Under the pieces are notes generated by a model. That model did no database searches, was not told where the DNA came from, and worked only from the letters and a program-made list of their open reading frames with translations. Shown here one piece after another: positions 24,461 through 36,054 of a stretch of DNA of 64,000 bases. A program made the position numbers and the translations under genes. Source of the DNA: Octopus sinensis (lineage: Eukaryota); the NCBI RefSeq assembly GCF_006345805.1, contig NC_043000.1, positions 102,052,001-102,116,000 of the forward strand, written 5' to 3'. The number at the start of each line of letters is the position of its first letter. Positions within the stretch are counted from its first letter, which is position 1.

Positions 24461-24475
24461 CCGGAAGTGACGTCA
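24461..24475 (+). promoter_or_regulatory. ETS-CRE composite motif CCGGAAGTGACGTCA in the Tc1 5' region
   Basis: Exact overlapping ETS (CCGGAAGT) and CRE (TGACGTCA) sites about 160 bp upstream of the transposase ATG; function untested. Confidence 0.4.
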
Positions 24476-24850
24476 CCAAGCAGAGTGTAGGATAATTTGT
24501 GAGGAAAAAAAATCTTGCAAATACACAAATCAATTAACCTACGAGCTGTTCAAAACGTCTTACGCGATGAGAAAACATAGTACGGTGTGATTTCGGTCCT
24601 TGCGAGGTGCTACCTATATCTATTAAACAAAGGAAGATTTGTCTGCATCTGCACTCCAAGTTGTTGTTGCACTGCTATGTCAACATCATTAGGCTGTAGA
24701 CTCTCAAACTGCTCTGCAAACAAAGTTACGTGATCGTTCTGCGCAACAGTGAACTCGCAACAAGGCAATAGTTCGAGATATGGCCACTAGGTGACAGCAA
24801 ATACCTTGAGTGAAGAGCAAATCAAGGGTGCTAATTAATTTCTGACGGTA

Positions 24851-24891
<41 letters not shown>

Positions 24892-24893
<2 letters not shown>

Positions 24894-25303
24894 CGCAGGA
24901 GTGGCTGTGTGGTAAGTAGCTTGTTTACCAACCACATGGTTCCGGGTTCAGTCCCGCTGCGTAGCACCTTGGGCAAGTGTCTTCTACTATAGCCTCGGGC
25001 CGACCAAAGCCTTGTGAGTGGATTTGGTAGACGGAAACTGAAAGAAGCCCGTCGTATATATGTATATATATATATGCGTGTGTGTGTTTGTGTGTCTGTG
25101 TTTGTCCCCCTAGCATTGCTTGACAACCGATGCTGGTGTGTTTATGTCCCCGTTACTTAGCGGTTCGGCAAAAGAGACCGATAGAATAAGTACTGGGCTT
25201 ACAAAAGAATAAGTCTCGGGGTCGAATTGCTCGATTAAAGGCGGTGCTCCAGCATAACCGCAGTCAAATGACTGAAACAAGTAAAAGAGTAAAGAGTAAA
25301 GAG
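24892..25303 (+). mobile_element. SINE family B (tRNA head, CORE-like segment), full length
   Basis: tggctgtgtgg box A, ggttcagtcc box B, caccttgggcaagtgtctt resembling the CORE gaccttgggcaagtcactt, internal (TA)n(TG)n, 3' cagtcaaatgactg stem-loop, (GAGTAAA)n tail. Confidence 0.9.
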
Positions 25304-25314
25304 TATATATATTA

Positions 25315-27002
25315 CCAGAGAGACCCGGCGTTGCCCGTGTCGCATGGAATTTAAGAATTAGACTTTTCTGTCATATTTTCTCTAATGGAATGCCTATGCT
25401 TCGAATTTAATAAAAATTGGAGATTAAGAATTTTAATGAGGGTTCTTTCCCTCTTTACACACGCTAACAAAAATTCTAATCATGACATATTCATCTCATA
25501 CTACTCATCTTTATGCCTAGATTCCAAAATCCAAATCTTATAAAACCTGTTCAAAGGTTTTTGCTCCTGAAAAACGGAGCACATGGAGGACCTGGAGCTG
25601 TAAAATGAGGAAGTTAAGGCCTCCACAATGGGGTGGGGGCTTAAAGTTAACCAGAGTAGTTTAATTGTTGGGAATCTTTTTTAACTTGTGTCTTATATCT
25701 ATTGTTCAAATTTCTTTGAAATCGGAGATATATGAATGCTCACTGGGTTTGTAAAAGAGAGCAAAGCTAGAGGAATGATCACAATAAGCAGTCAGTTACC
25801 CTACCCTTGTCGTTACCACTTCCAATGTAGGATTCCTTACCATACAGGTGACCGGCACAGCCGTAAGATGCATTACGGATCTATAGCAATTGGAAGGGCG
25901 TAACCCAACTCAAATAAACATTAACGCTGTGAGGCGTGAGGGCTAAGGGAAAATGAAAGTGTCACCTCTGGAGTTTGCCAATGACCACTATGCCGATAAG
26001 TAAATGAACAGAATAAATTTGCGGTCCATAAATCTCTTTGAATGACCAATCACTTATCAGGAAAGACCTTGAAATCAATGTAACCATCTTGGGACTATCT
26101 CTGACGCAGTGATAATAAAAAGACTCAAAGGAGGTGTGCAACGAAATAACTTTACTCAAAATAACATTTTATAACTGAATCAATGGAGGCAAAGGTTCCT
26201 CTCCTTTACTTGACAATTTATGCACCACGCATACTCTTACACTATTATACCATTGAATTACAAATAACGCTTATCTTGTATCCTCGGGTGACTCTGCATC
26301 TTCCAAGACTACAACTGTATTTGTCTTGGCTGAGAAAAAAATGACTAAATTGTGGGGATTAAGCCCCTATTAAGGGGTCTTACTAGCTCCCAAGAAGTTG
26401 AAATTTTAGGAATATTCATTTGTGTCTAATATCAATGGTTAAAATTTTATCAACAGCAAAAATATATGAATTTTCATGGGGATATGACCTCATTTATTCA
26501 CCTTTACTTTCAAACATGTACTTGCATTACATATGTCCCTATGCATGGAATGTTATTTCCAAATTTCATAAAATTCCATTCAGTACTTTTGATCTTGATT
26601 TAGATCATAAAAAATGACTAAAATATGGGAGTTAAGGCACCCATTAGGGGATCTTAGAATCCTTATGAGAAGCAGAAACTTTGGGAATACTTCTTGATTT
26701 GTGTCAATTTCATCAACATCGGAAATTCATGAATTTTCATGGGTCTTTCTCCATACTTTAAGCCACCTCAAATTAACACCAATACTACATTATACCAGCC
26801 CTTATGCATCGAATCTAAGTTCCAAATATCATAATGATCCATTCAGTAATTTTGGTCCATGAAAAATAACTGAAATTCAGGAGTTAAGCTCCCATCAAGG
26901 GGTCTTAGAATGATCCAAAGAAATAGACATTTTGAGTGCATTTTTAAGATTTATTTCTAATATCTATGGTTCAAATTTCATGAAAATCTGAAGCCTGTAT
27001 AT

Positions 27003-27050
<48 letters not shown>
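25315..27050 (-). mobile_element. Helitron-like non-autonomous element with internal tandem repeats
   Basis: Starts with ccag-agagacccggcgttgcccg (degenerate CTAG end plus hairpin) as at 13491 and 52466; three 250-275-bp units at 26341, 26614, 26866; far end uncertain. Confidence 0.55.
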
Positions 27051-27055
<5 letters not shown>

Positions 27056-28650
27056 TATATATATATATATATATATACAAAATATGAGGAGTTTAGGTCA
27101 AGGTAACCCAAATGAATAGGTATGTGTTCTGAGTGCTCCAGTAGGTAATCCACAAAATTGCAGCTATATCAGCAACTGGAGTTGTGGTTGTGTGATTGTC
27201 TTGTTCGAAAACAAAAAACTGGCAGGTGATGGCTTACCTTTGAGTCAGTAGGTATCTGTTGAAGTAGTGAGAAATGCAAACAATTAGTCAAGGCAGGACA
27301 ATGACATTTGATTTCATTTAATTCAATCTAAAATAGTAAAATAATGTAAAACTGGTAAAGATATTAGATATCGCCACTATTTTTACCGGTTTTGTATTAT
27401 TTCACTATTTTTAGATTGAAGTAAATGAATTTAAATGCCATAGACCTACCTTCACTAACTGTTTGCCTTCCTCACCACCTTAACCGATATATATATGTGT
27501 GTCTGTGTGTGAGTGTGTGTGTGTATGCATATATGTATTTCTGCGTGTGTGTATGTATGTATGTGTGCTTTATTACCTCCTTGCCTTGATATCAGGTCAT
27601 AGTATTAAGCTAGTGTCATTGTTATGCAAGAGCTATGATGATTTTCGTTTCCAGTCTGCCATGTAAACATGTGTGGGCATTGTGAAGTATTACTGGAAAA
27701 TAGGTGAGGTATGGTGACAGGAATAGCATCCACCCATATAAATATCAGTCTGGTCCATACGAACATGGAAAAGTGGATGCATGCTTCATATGTGTGTGTG
27801 CATTTGGGGACGGAGGGGGGTATATTTTCCACCGGGACCTTACAACCGTATCTGATTCTTCAAGTGCTTCTCTTCTGAGTTTATACATCTATTTACTCGA
27901 CTGCTGACATTTAACAATGGTTTTTCTCATTGCTTTGGTATGCTATTTTCTACATTTAATAAAACTGTCGGTATTTTCGACGACACGGTTATGCTAGTAT
28001 AATATAATACGCATTGCGATTGCTCCCTTATTTGGCGTGCCCGTCACGAGAATAAATAAGCAGCGAGGGAAAGCAGAGGAAGTATCGTCGGGTTCTGAAA
28101 ACAAATTTAGTAGAATGCAGACATTGTCATACAATTTATCAAGGAAAGTTTTCTTTGTTGAAATATTATATATACATATTATAGATTTTGAGCGATCGTT
28201 ATTTCTGACAACAGAGAGCAATCTGTAGTTAAATATTTATCCATTTTCGTTATGAATCGTTATTCCCTTCCAGTACCACTGAATTAGAAATAACAATTCT
28301 AAAAAGCTTATACTGTCAAACGACAGTTAGTTTGTGACGACTGTCGGAGAGAAATTTGTCGGATTGCAAACGACTGTCAAAGAAGCAGTAGTCGAGAGGG
28401 ATGTATGATTAAGTGTTGTATTATGCGACAAAAGGAGCAGGTGACATAAGCTCTGTTAGTATATTGCATGTGCAAAGGTTTAAAAATATTGTTTATTGAG
28501 ACAACAATGGTAAAAAAACAACAGTAAAGACAAGCATGGGAATACATATTACATATTTCTTATTTCATTCTTTTTTCTTTTCTTCCAGGGAATTACAGTA
28601 TTATTAAAAAAGGATAATTCTGTCTGCTTCAACGAATTAAAGGATAAAAA

Positions 28651-28967
28651 CCTCCTTCAGTCATGAATGACCATGGGAATGCGTCTAGAAAGTTCTCCTC
28701 TGAGGCACAAGTCCGGGCAAGGTTTCTTATAGAAGACCAGCAGTCTCCCATGCATACCAGTTTCTCCTTTCTGCGCCAGCGATGTTATTCAATGGGAAAG
28801 GTAAAGGGCAGTGACATCGCAACTCCTTTGTAGAACTGAGTAAACTGGAGCAACATAAAATAAAGTGACTTGCTCAAGAACACAACGCATAGCTCAGTCC
28901 GGAAATCGAACGCACTACCTCATGATTGTGTGCCCGACGCTCTAACCAGTGAGGCATGCGTCTTCAC
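28651..28967 (-). mobile_element. tRNA-derived SINE family C
   Basis: Minus strand: gtgaagacgcatgcctcactggttagagcgtcggg...cgttcgatttccggac...gttcttgagcaagtcactttattt; homologous to 14911-15188. Confidence 0.8.
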
Positions 28968-29053
28968 ATCACAAAGAATTACAGAATCATTAAAAATTAA
29001 AACGTTAAATACTTATGTTTATATATATGTAATGTAATGCATGCATGTATGTA

Positions 29054-29133
<80 letters not shown>

Positions 29134-29576
29134 TGTATATATCATTACCTTAAGCAAGTGCATCATTTTTGTAATACTCGAACCATACATTGAGTGAAAT
29201 GAACGTGCGTTTAAAGCCTTTTCCAAATAATTGTTCCATGAAACAAAATAATGGCGAAACTGAGCAAGATAAGCAAAAAGGGGAGCATTAGAAAGAAAAA
29301 AATTGTAAATGGGACAACGAAGCTTGGATGAGGCAATAACAAAAAGAACTGTAAATGTTCTGTACAGAAAAAAGTCTTGCCTGCAAGAAAGTTGATATGA
29401 ATGTAAGAGCTGGAGAAGGTACAAATGTTTAAGGAAACATAAAAAGATATTAGTACATCACAAGAGGAAGAGTTGGAAAGGATGAGAAGGGAAAGGGAGA
29501 GAATTGCTCACCAATTAGGTAATTCCTGGTAAAAGGAAATAGACACAAGGATAAAGAGAAATTGCAGACACGACAT

Positions 29577-29926
29577 GTAGGAGGAGGAGGATGAGGAGGG
29601 GGAGGAGGAGAGGAAAAAGATGAAGAAGAAGATGAAGAAGAAGATGAAGAAGAAGAAGTAGAAGTAGAAGAAGAAGAAGAAGAAGAAGAAGAAGACGATG
29701 TAGGAGGAGAAGAAGATGTAGGAAAAGAAGAAGAAGAAGAAGAAGAAGAAGAAAAAGAAGAAGAAGAAGAAGAAGTAGAAGAAGAAAAAGAAGAAGAAGA
29801 AGACGATGTAGGAGGAGAAGAAGATGTAGGAAAAGAAGAAGAAGAAGAAGAAGAAGAAGAAGAAGAAAAAGAAGAAGAAGAAGAAGAAGAAGAAGAAGAA
29901 GAAGAAGAAGAAGAAGAAGAAGAGGA
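29577..29926 (+). repeat. (GAA)n/(GGA)n polypurine tract with internal higher-order duplication
   Basis: gacgatgtaggaggagaagaagatgtaggaaaa appears twice about 108 bp apart. Confidence 0.9.
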
Positions 29927-30491
29927 GATAAAATAAGAATTGCCGCCGAAAGTCGATTTCGAAGAAGAAATATAAAAAAGAGAGAATAACGAAATAAGTG
30001 AATGAAATTGATTTAGCTGCTCTGCGACAACGATTAAATAAGTGTTGAGATATGACACAGTTAAGGATAAGATCCATATCTCTTACAATGAATAACTACA
30101 TGAATTGAAGGCAAGCTTCAACCTCATAAATGTAGTGCAGTGAATGACATCTGCTAGTTCTACTCACCATTGAAATGTTTGTCAAAAGGACAACTTCAAC
30201 ATAGATGAAAGATACATGGATCTCGATTTGAATGTTCCCAAATGACAACTAAGTAGTAAAGCAGAAAAGACATCCAGTTGACAGGTAGATAAATTTGAAG
30301 GCAAGACAATGTAGTGAATGATGCACTTCAAATAAGGAAATTATCAACAGCAAATTCGAAGAGGAATGGAATTTACATCCTAAATTTGTAGCCCATTAAA
30401 CGTTTTACTAGAACATCTTGATGGAGGGAAATTTAACAAATCGGTGTCAAATATATACGTGTATGTATGTGTTTGATTTGTGAGTGTGTAG

Positions 30492-30539
<48 letters not shown>

Positions 30540-30540
<1 letters not shown>

Positions 30541-30950
30541 TCTTTTACTCTCTTTTATTTGTTTCAGTCATTTGACTGCGGCCATGCTGGAGCACCGCCT
30601 TTAGTCGAGGAAATCGACCCCGGGACTTATTCTTTGTAAGCCCAGTACTTATTCCATCGGTCTCTTTTGCCGAACCGCTATGTGACGGGGACATAAACAC
30701 ACCAACATCGGTTGTCAAGCAATGCTAGGGAGACAAACACAGACACACAAACATACACACACATATATATATATATATACATATATACGACGGACTTCTT
30801 TCAGTTTCCGTCTACCAAATCCACTCACAAGGCATTGGTCGGCCCGGGGCTATAGCAGAAGACACTTGCCCAAGGTGCCACGCAGTGGGACTGAACCCGG
30901 AACCATGTGGTTGGTTAGCAAGCTACTTACCACACAGCCACTCCTGCGCC
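30540..30950 (-). mobile_element. SINE family B, full length
   Basis: Reverse complement of the 24892-25303 type; (TA)n both sides. Confidence 0.9.
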
Positions 30951-31020
30951 TATATATATATATACATATATATATATACATACATATAAACATATATATA
31001 TATACACATGCATACATATA

Positions 31021-32232
31021 GGAGAAGTGTTTATTAAAGATTTCCCTGATCCACTTCCCAAGGACTACGATATATGAAACTTGGCATAATTATTAGTCCT
31101 CCTCTACACCAATGGTCACACACTTCCCCCATCGCTTTAGGCAGCTGTGAAGGCTTCGCCTGTAGAAGTTGGTAGTTTGCGTCTGGAGCCAAGAAATAAT
31201 TTCGTCATCGTCCGAAAAGTGCTTCCCCTTCAAAAAAGACTTCATGGTTGGAAAGAGATGGAAGTCAGATACTGTAAGGTCGGGAGAGTAAGGGGGATTA
31301 GAAAGGATTTCATTTGAGCAACATGTACATTATGAACTGGGGCGTTGTCTTGGAGGAGACGAACCACTTTGGTCAGCATGCCACACCTCTGCTTTGATGG
31401 CTTCCTGCATTTACTGCAGCAGAGATGCATAATATTCCCTGTTCATTGTGGTACCCTTTGCCAGAAAATCCATCATCACTACCCAACGCTGGTCCCCCAA
31501 AACTGTGAGCATTACCTTGCTTGCTGAGGGCTGGACTCGATCCTTCTTTGAAGGTGGTGAGTTATCATGTTTCCATTGTTTCAACTGGACTTTAGTCTCA
31601 GGATTACAGTGATGGACCCATGTTTCATCCTGTGTGTTAAGTCTGCTGAAAAAGTCCTCCTCGTTTTCTTGGCACATTGCCAGAAGAGCCTGGGAACAAC
31701 TGACTCGTTCTTGCATCTGAAAATGTGTGAGCATCTGGGAAATCCCTCGTGCAGACAACTTCCGTATGTGCAAATGGTCGTGAATTATTTTTACCACGGA
31801 CCCTACACTTATCTTCACTTCTTGAGCTAGCTGCCGAATAGATATGCAGCGATCCTCCAAAGTGGTGACTTCCACTTTATAGATGGTATTGTCATCAATG
31901 ATGGAATGTGGTCGTTCAGGAATAGGAGCAGTTACTACCGATGTCCGACCGTCAGTATGATGGTGCATCATCACCATAAACTCTTTTCATGTCATCGAAA
32001 ATCTCATTTGATGTACGACCTTTCAAGTATAAAAACCTGATTGATCTGCATTCAACTGCCTCAATTATAACACCTTAGTCCTCTTTAGTAGCTGTAAAAG
32101 ATGAACAAATACTAGTGGAAAGCTGTAACTTACAATGTGATATGGAGAGACATGTATAATTATACCAACACAATTTCGCATTCCTGCAATAACCTGAAAT
32201 GGGTCAGGGAAATCTTTACTGAACACTTCTTG
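31021..32232 (-). mobile_element. mariner-family transposon (irritans-like motifs), disrupted transposase at about 31095-32030
   Basis: TIRs at about 31021-31052 and 32201-32232 with TA flanks; TQDETWVHH.NPETK, PSASKVMLTV, YYASLL, QDNAPVH, PPYSPDLTVSDF. Confidence 0.9.
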
Positions 32233-32518
32233 TATAAGGTTCAAATGTATAGAAGAGAAGACATGTATATATGTGTATATATATATGAATATATATATAT
32301 ATATATATGTGTGTTATACTAATTATCTTTTTTTAATAATTTTGATATATATTTAAAATAATATAAATTAATTAATCTTATGTATTGGCTTAAGTTTTTC
32401 ATTGTATGATTTGCCTAATAGTGGTTTTATCTCTAATTTAATATAATATATATATACATACATATATATATATTATATATATATATATATATTATATATA
32501 TGTGTGTGTGTGTGTGTG

Positions 32519-32607
<89 letters not shown>

Positions 32608-33758
32608 AAGGCTAGAAGTCAGGTGGTAGTAGCCAATGGGACCACTTCCATTAACACGCAAATAGTGAGCGGTGTTTCGCAAGGCACTGTTTTGGGACCA
32701 CTACTGTTCATAATGGCCCTCTCAGACATGTCCTCAGCCACGCAGAGAGCCAGAATCACAAGATATGCAGATGATACAAAAGTTTCACAGGCAATACAGA
32801 ACCCTGAAGACATTAAGCACCTGCAATGTGAGCTGGACAAAATATACAAGTGGGCTGAAAAGAATAGCATGCAGTTCAATGCTGTAAAGTTTCAAGCTCT
32901 ATGCTATCAGCACACAAAACTAAATGCAATACCCAATAGATACACTGGACCTAGAGGGACCGCAATCCCAGAGGCACAATCGGTGCGAGACCTGGGTATT
33001 TACATGAGTGATGATGCAACCTTTCATGTGCATGTTGCTAAATTGGCAATGAACTGTAGGCGGCTGACCGGATGGATTCTTAGAAGCTTGAGAACAAGAG
33101 ACCAGGAAACCATGATGGTCCTTTGGAGGACACTTGTCCCAAGCCACTTTGACTATTGCTCTCAGCTATGGTCACCATCCAGTGTCAAGTTATTCACAGA
33201 ACTTGAGGCGATCCAACGAAGCTACACGAAGAAGATAGCCTCTGTGCAGCATATAAGCTATTGGGAAAGACTCAAGAGATTGAGACTCTATTCCTTAGAG
33301 CGTAGGCGAGAAATATATGCCATAATATACATCTGGAAGATCCTAGAAGGACTTGTCCCAAACTTTGGCATCGAGAGTTACACAAATGCCAGAACTGGGC
33401 GCCACTGCATAGTGCCAAGGACTCCAAATTTGCCATCAAGATGTAGGACAAGATACTGTGATAGCCTGGGCTTCCGAGGCCCACAGCTCTTCAATATCCT
33501 CCCGAAGAACCTAAGAGACATGCATGGGGTGGACGCAGATGTCTTTAAAATGAAACTGGATCTCTTCTTGTCAGGTATCCCAGATGAACCAACTTCACGG
33601 CAGGAGGTGCAGATGAGGGCAGCTGCATCGAACTCTCTCATGCACCAAATGGCAATTGCTAAAAAGCACTCGTGAAGTAAAATCATGTAGCAACACCAAA
33701 TGGCGGTGCCCCAGCATGGCCACAGCTTGTGAGCTGAAACTAGATAAATAAATAAAAA
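32608..33758 (+). mobile_element. 5'-truncated CR1/L2-group LINE, relatively young
   Basis: RT C-terminal half plus 3'UTR ending ggcggtgccccagcatggccacagcttgtgagctgaaactagataaataaataaaaa. Confidence 0.9.
32623..33675 (+). CDS. Uninterrupted 350-aa C-terminal part of LINE ORF2 (reverse transcriptase)
   Basis: SGVSQGTVLGPLLF, YADDTK, LDKIYKWAEKNSMQFN, VRDLGI, FRGPQLFNILP; not independently functional because the 5' part is missing. Confidence 0.85.
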   Translation: MVVANGTTSINTQIVSGVSQGTVLGPLLFIMALSDMSSATQRARITRYADDTKVSQAIQNPEDIKHLQCELDKIYKWAEKNSMQFNAVKFQALCYQHTKLNAIPNRYTGPRGTAIPEAQSVRDLGIYMSDDATFHVHVAKLAMNCRRLTGWILRSLRTRDQETMMVLWRTLVPSHFDYCSQLWSPSSVKLFTELEAIQRSYTKKIASVQHISYWERLKRLRLYSLERRREIYAIIYIWKILEGLVPNFGIESYTNARTGRHCIVPRTPNLPSRCRTRYCDSLGFRGPQLFNILPKNLRDMHGVDADVFKMKLDLFLSGIPDEPTSRQEVQMRAAASNSLMHQMAIAKKHS

Positions 33759-33785
33759 TATATATATGTATATATATATGTATGT

Positions 33786-33841
<56 letters not shown>

Positions 33842-33939
33842 CGTTTGCTAAATTTTGTTGAGAACAATCTTTCTTAGTGGTATGACCATAGGAGGTCTAC
33901 TTCTAGCATAATGGATGTCCACTTAGTGGACATCCAACT

Positions 33940-34115
33940 TACATTCTTTACTTTCTCTCCTTGTTTCTTTCTGTGTTCCTTTCTGTGGAAGAGCGTAAGC
34001 TCGAAACGTTCAAGACTTTTTCACTTCCCGAGCGTTAAACTAATACATCTGTTTGTTGACTTGTCTACCCCACCTGTCTTCGTGTTTTGTTTTTTGTGAA
34101 TTGTCACCCCACCCT
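33940..34115 (+). mobile_element. Short Penelope-like terminal repeat fragment with hammerhead-like motif
   Basis: Homologous to 4931-5101; ends in (TA)n. Confidence 0.6.
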
Positions 34116-34147
34116 ATATATATACATATATATATATATATATAATA

Positions 34148-34235
<88 letters not shown>

Positions 34236-36054
34236 CATATGCATACACATATATACATACATATACATATATGCATTGTTGTTGTAGTTGTACTCGGTTG
34301 TCATTTCGACGAATGGGGATTAGTGTGCTAGAACTAATACACACCATTGAAATTTCTACGACAACATTTAGATCGTGTGAGTAAGCTATCTCCTTTGTAT
34401 TTATAGCCCTAACAATTGCTGGCACTATTAGATACAGTTCTAACTGTTTCAGAATTTATAATCAAATCTCTTACCGTGCATGTGACATATATCTACATGA
34501 TGATGCATAGCAACACTTTGCATAGCTGTATGCAGTTAACTCCAGAGATGAATATGATATTAGAATAAGTGATACTTATATCTTGGCTGTTTGCGTGAAG
34601 CTTTCTAAAACCTTGGTAATTTTATAAGAAAATAATGAACGCATAAAATCATACTAAAACATTAAGTGACTTTGAGCACAAGAAGAGATAGCTATAATAC
34701 ATATCAGGCATGTACCAATCATAAATAATGGTATTTAGGAGAGATAAGAATCCATACATAAGGTGATGCAACATACTAGCTATTTAATAATTAAGTTGTA
34801 GAAACGACCTTCTAAAAGATTTTTCGTGTTCCCCTACATTTATAATAACGCTGTGTATATTTAGTCAAAATATACTCAGTGAGATATGCCGTATTATACC
34901 TATTTTAGAGAACCTGAATAGCGTTAAGATATGCATGTAAATATAGAAGGAAATGAACACCTTCAACATAACAAAATTGCTATGTTATAATATATGGTAG
35001 CACAGATTGCTATCAGGCAACAATTTTAAATTTGTGGATACAGGTCTGTTGATCCTGAACTTAAAATCAACGCACATAACTTGAACTGTACATGATCTCA
35101 GTAAAAAAAGTCTTGAGTTGAATAGTATAAAAGATAATCTTGTCACCTACAAATTCCAACCAACAATACAGAGGTAGAGGCAGGAAAAACAGTAATACTA
35201 CTTTTTTCTTTGCAAGTGTCTCCCCGAAACAGGAGAGAGCTGCACCATGATGCTGCAACCATTATCAAGAGTATATAAAAAATCTGATTTATCCATAGCC
35301 ATGATCTCTAAACTTAAGACACCAGGAATACTAAATAATCTCTTCCTAGATTAAAAAGAAAACAAGTGTCACGTTGTATAGAATTTCGGAAAAGGTGGCC
35401 TTTCTCATGTCGATATTTTAATCGTCATAAAACAAGATACAAAAATTAATCGTAATAATACTAATAACATAGTTAACATTAAAATTCCTAATCCTGAAAC
35501 ACATTCGGCACTTCTTGAAGTAGTAGAATGGTGTATGAAGATGGGTCATGTGGAAGTGACAGTCAAAATGTTTTATTTATGGAGAATGACAAATGTATAA
35601 AAAGTCTCCAAATTAATATGAGAAAACAGATGTTAATTAAACTATTAACCCGAAATACAAAAAGCAGCAAGGAAACATCAGCTCACATTCGAAACAGAAG
35701 TGTAGATAACAGAATTGGAATTCTATCTTATAAATTGTTATCTTTTAAATACAATTCCCATATCAGTGTGAACGTCTGCTTCTGTATTGAATCTGTAAGG
35801 TATTTTTAAGTCTATGGATAAGTACCGTGACTGTGTCAATGTCAAAATTGGTTTAATTGAGCACCATCATAATATTGTTCATGACAAACCACCTAGATAT
35901 TTAGATGTTAATTATGTTCGCTCTTGAAGCAATGTGGAGATTATAAGAAAACACGATCTGTATTTGTGTACTTTGATGGAGACAACGAACAGACAGACCT
36001 CAAACAAGATGAAATGAGTTCACAGCATGGTTTAAACTAAATGAAATTGAATAT

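Larger units (their letters stand above)
23145..24853 (-). mobile_element. Tc1-family DNA transposon, near full length
   Basis: 26-bp imperfect TIRs at 23145-23170 and 24828-24853 (4 mismatches), both next to (TA)n. Confidence 0.9.

Noticed and set aside
26341-27000. Regularly spaced repeats as a CRISPR-like array
   Set aside because: Long diverged units inside a eukaryotic Helitron-like element; no short identical repeats with unique spacers and no cas genes
28570-28650. Strong-looking splice acceptor ttttttcttttcttccag
   Set aside because: Following sequence runs into the 3' end of an antisense SINE-C with no supported exon
29450-30077. Long poly-Ser/poly-Phe ORFs
   Set aside because: Antisense readings of the GAA tract
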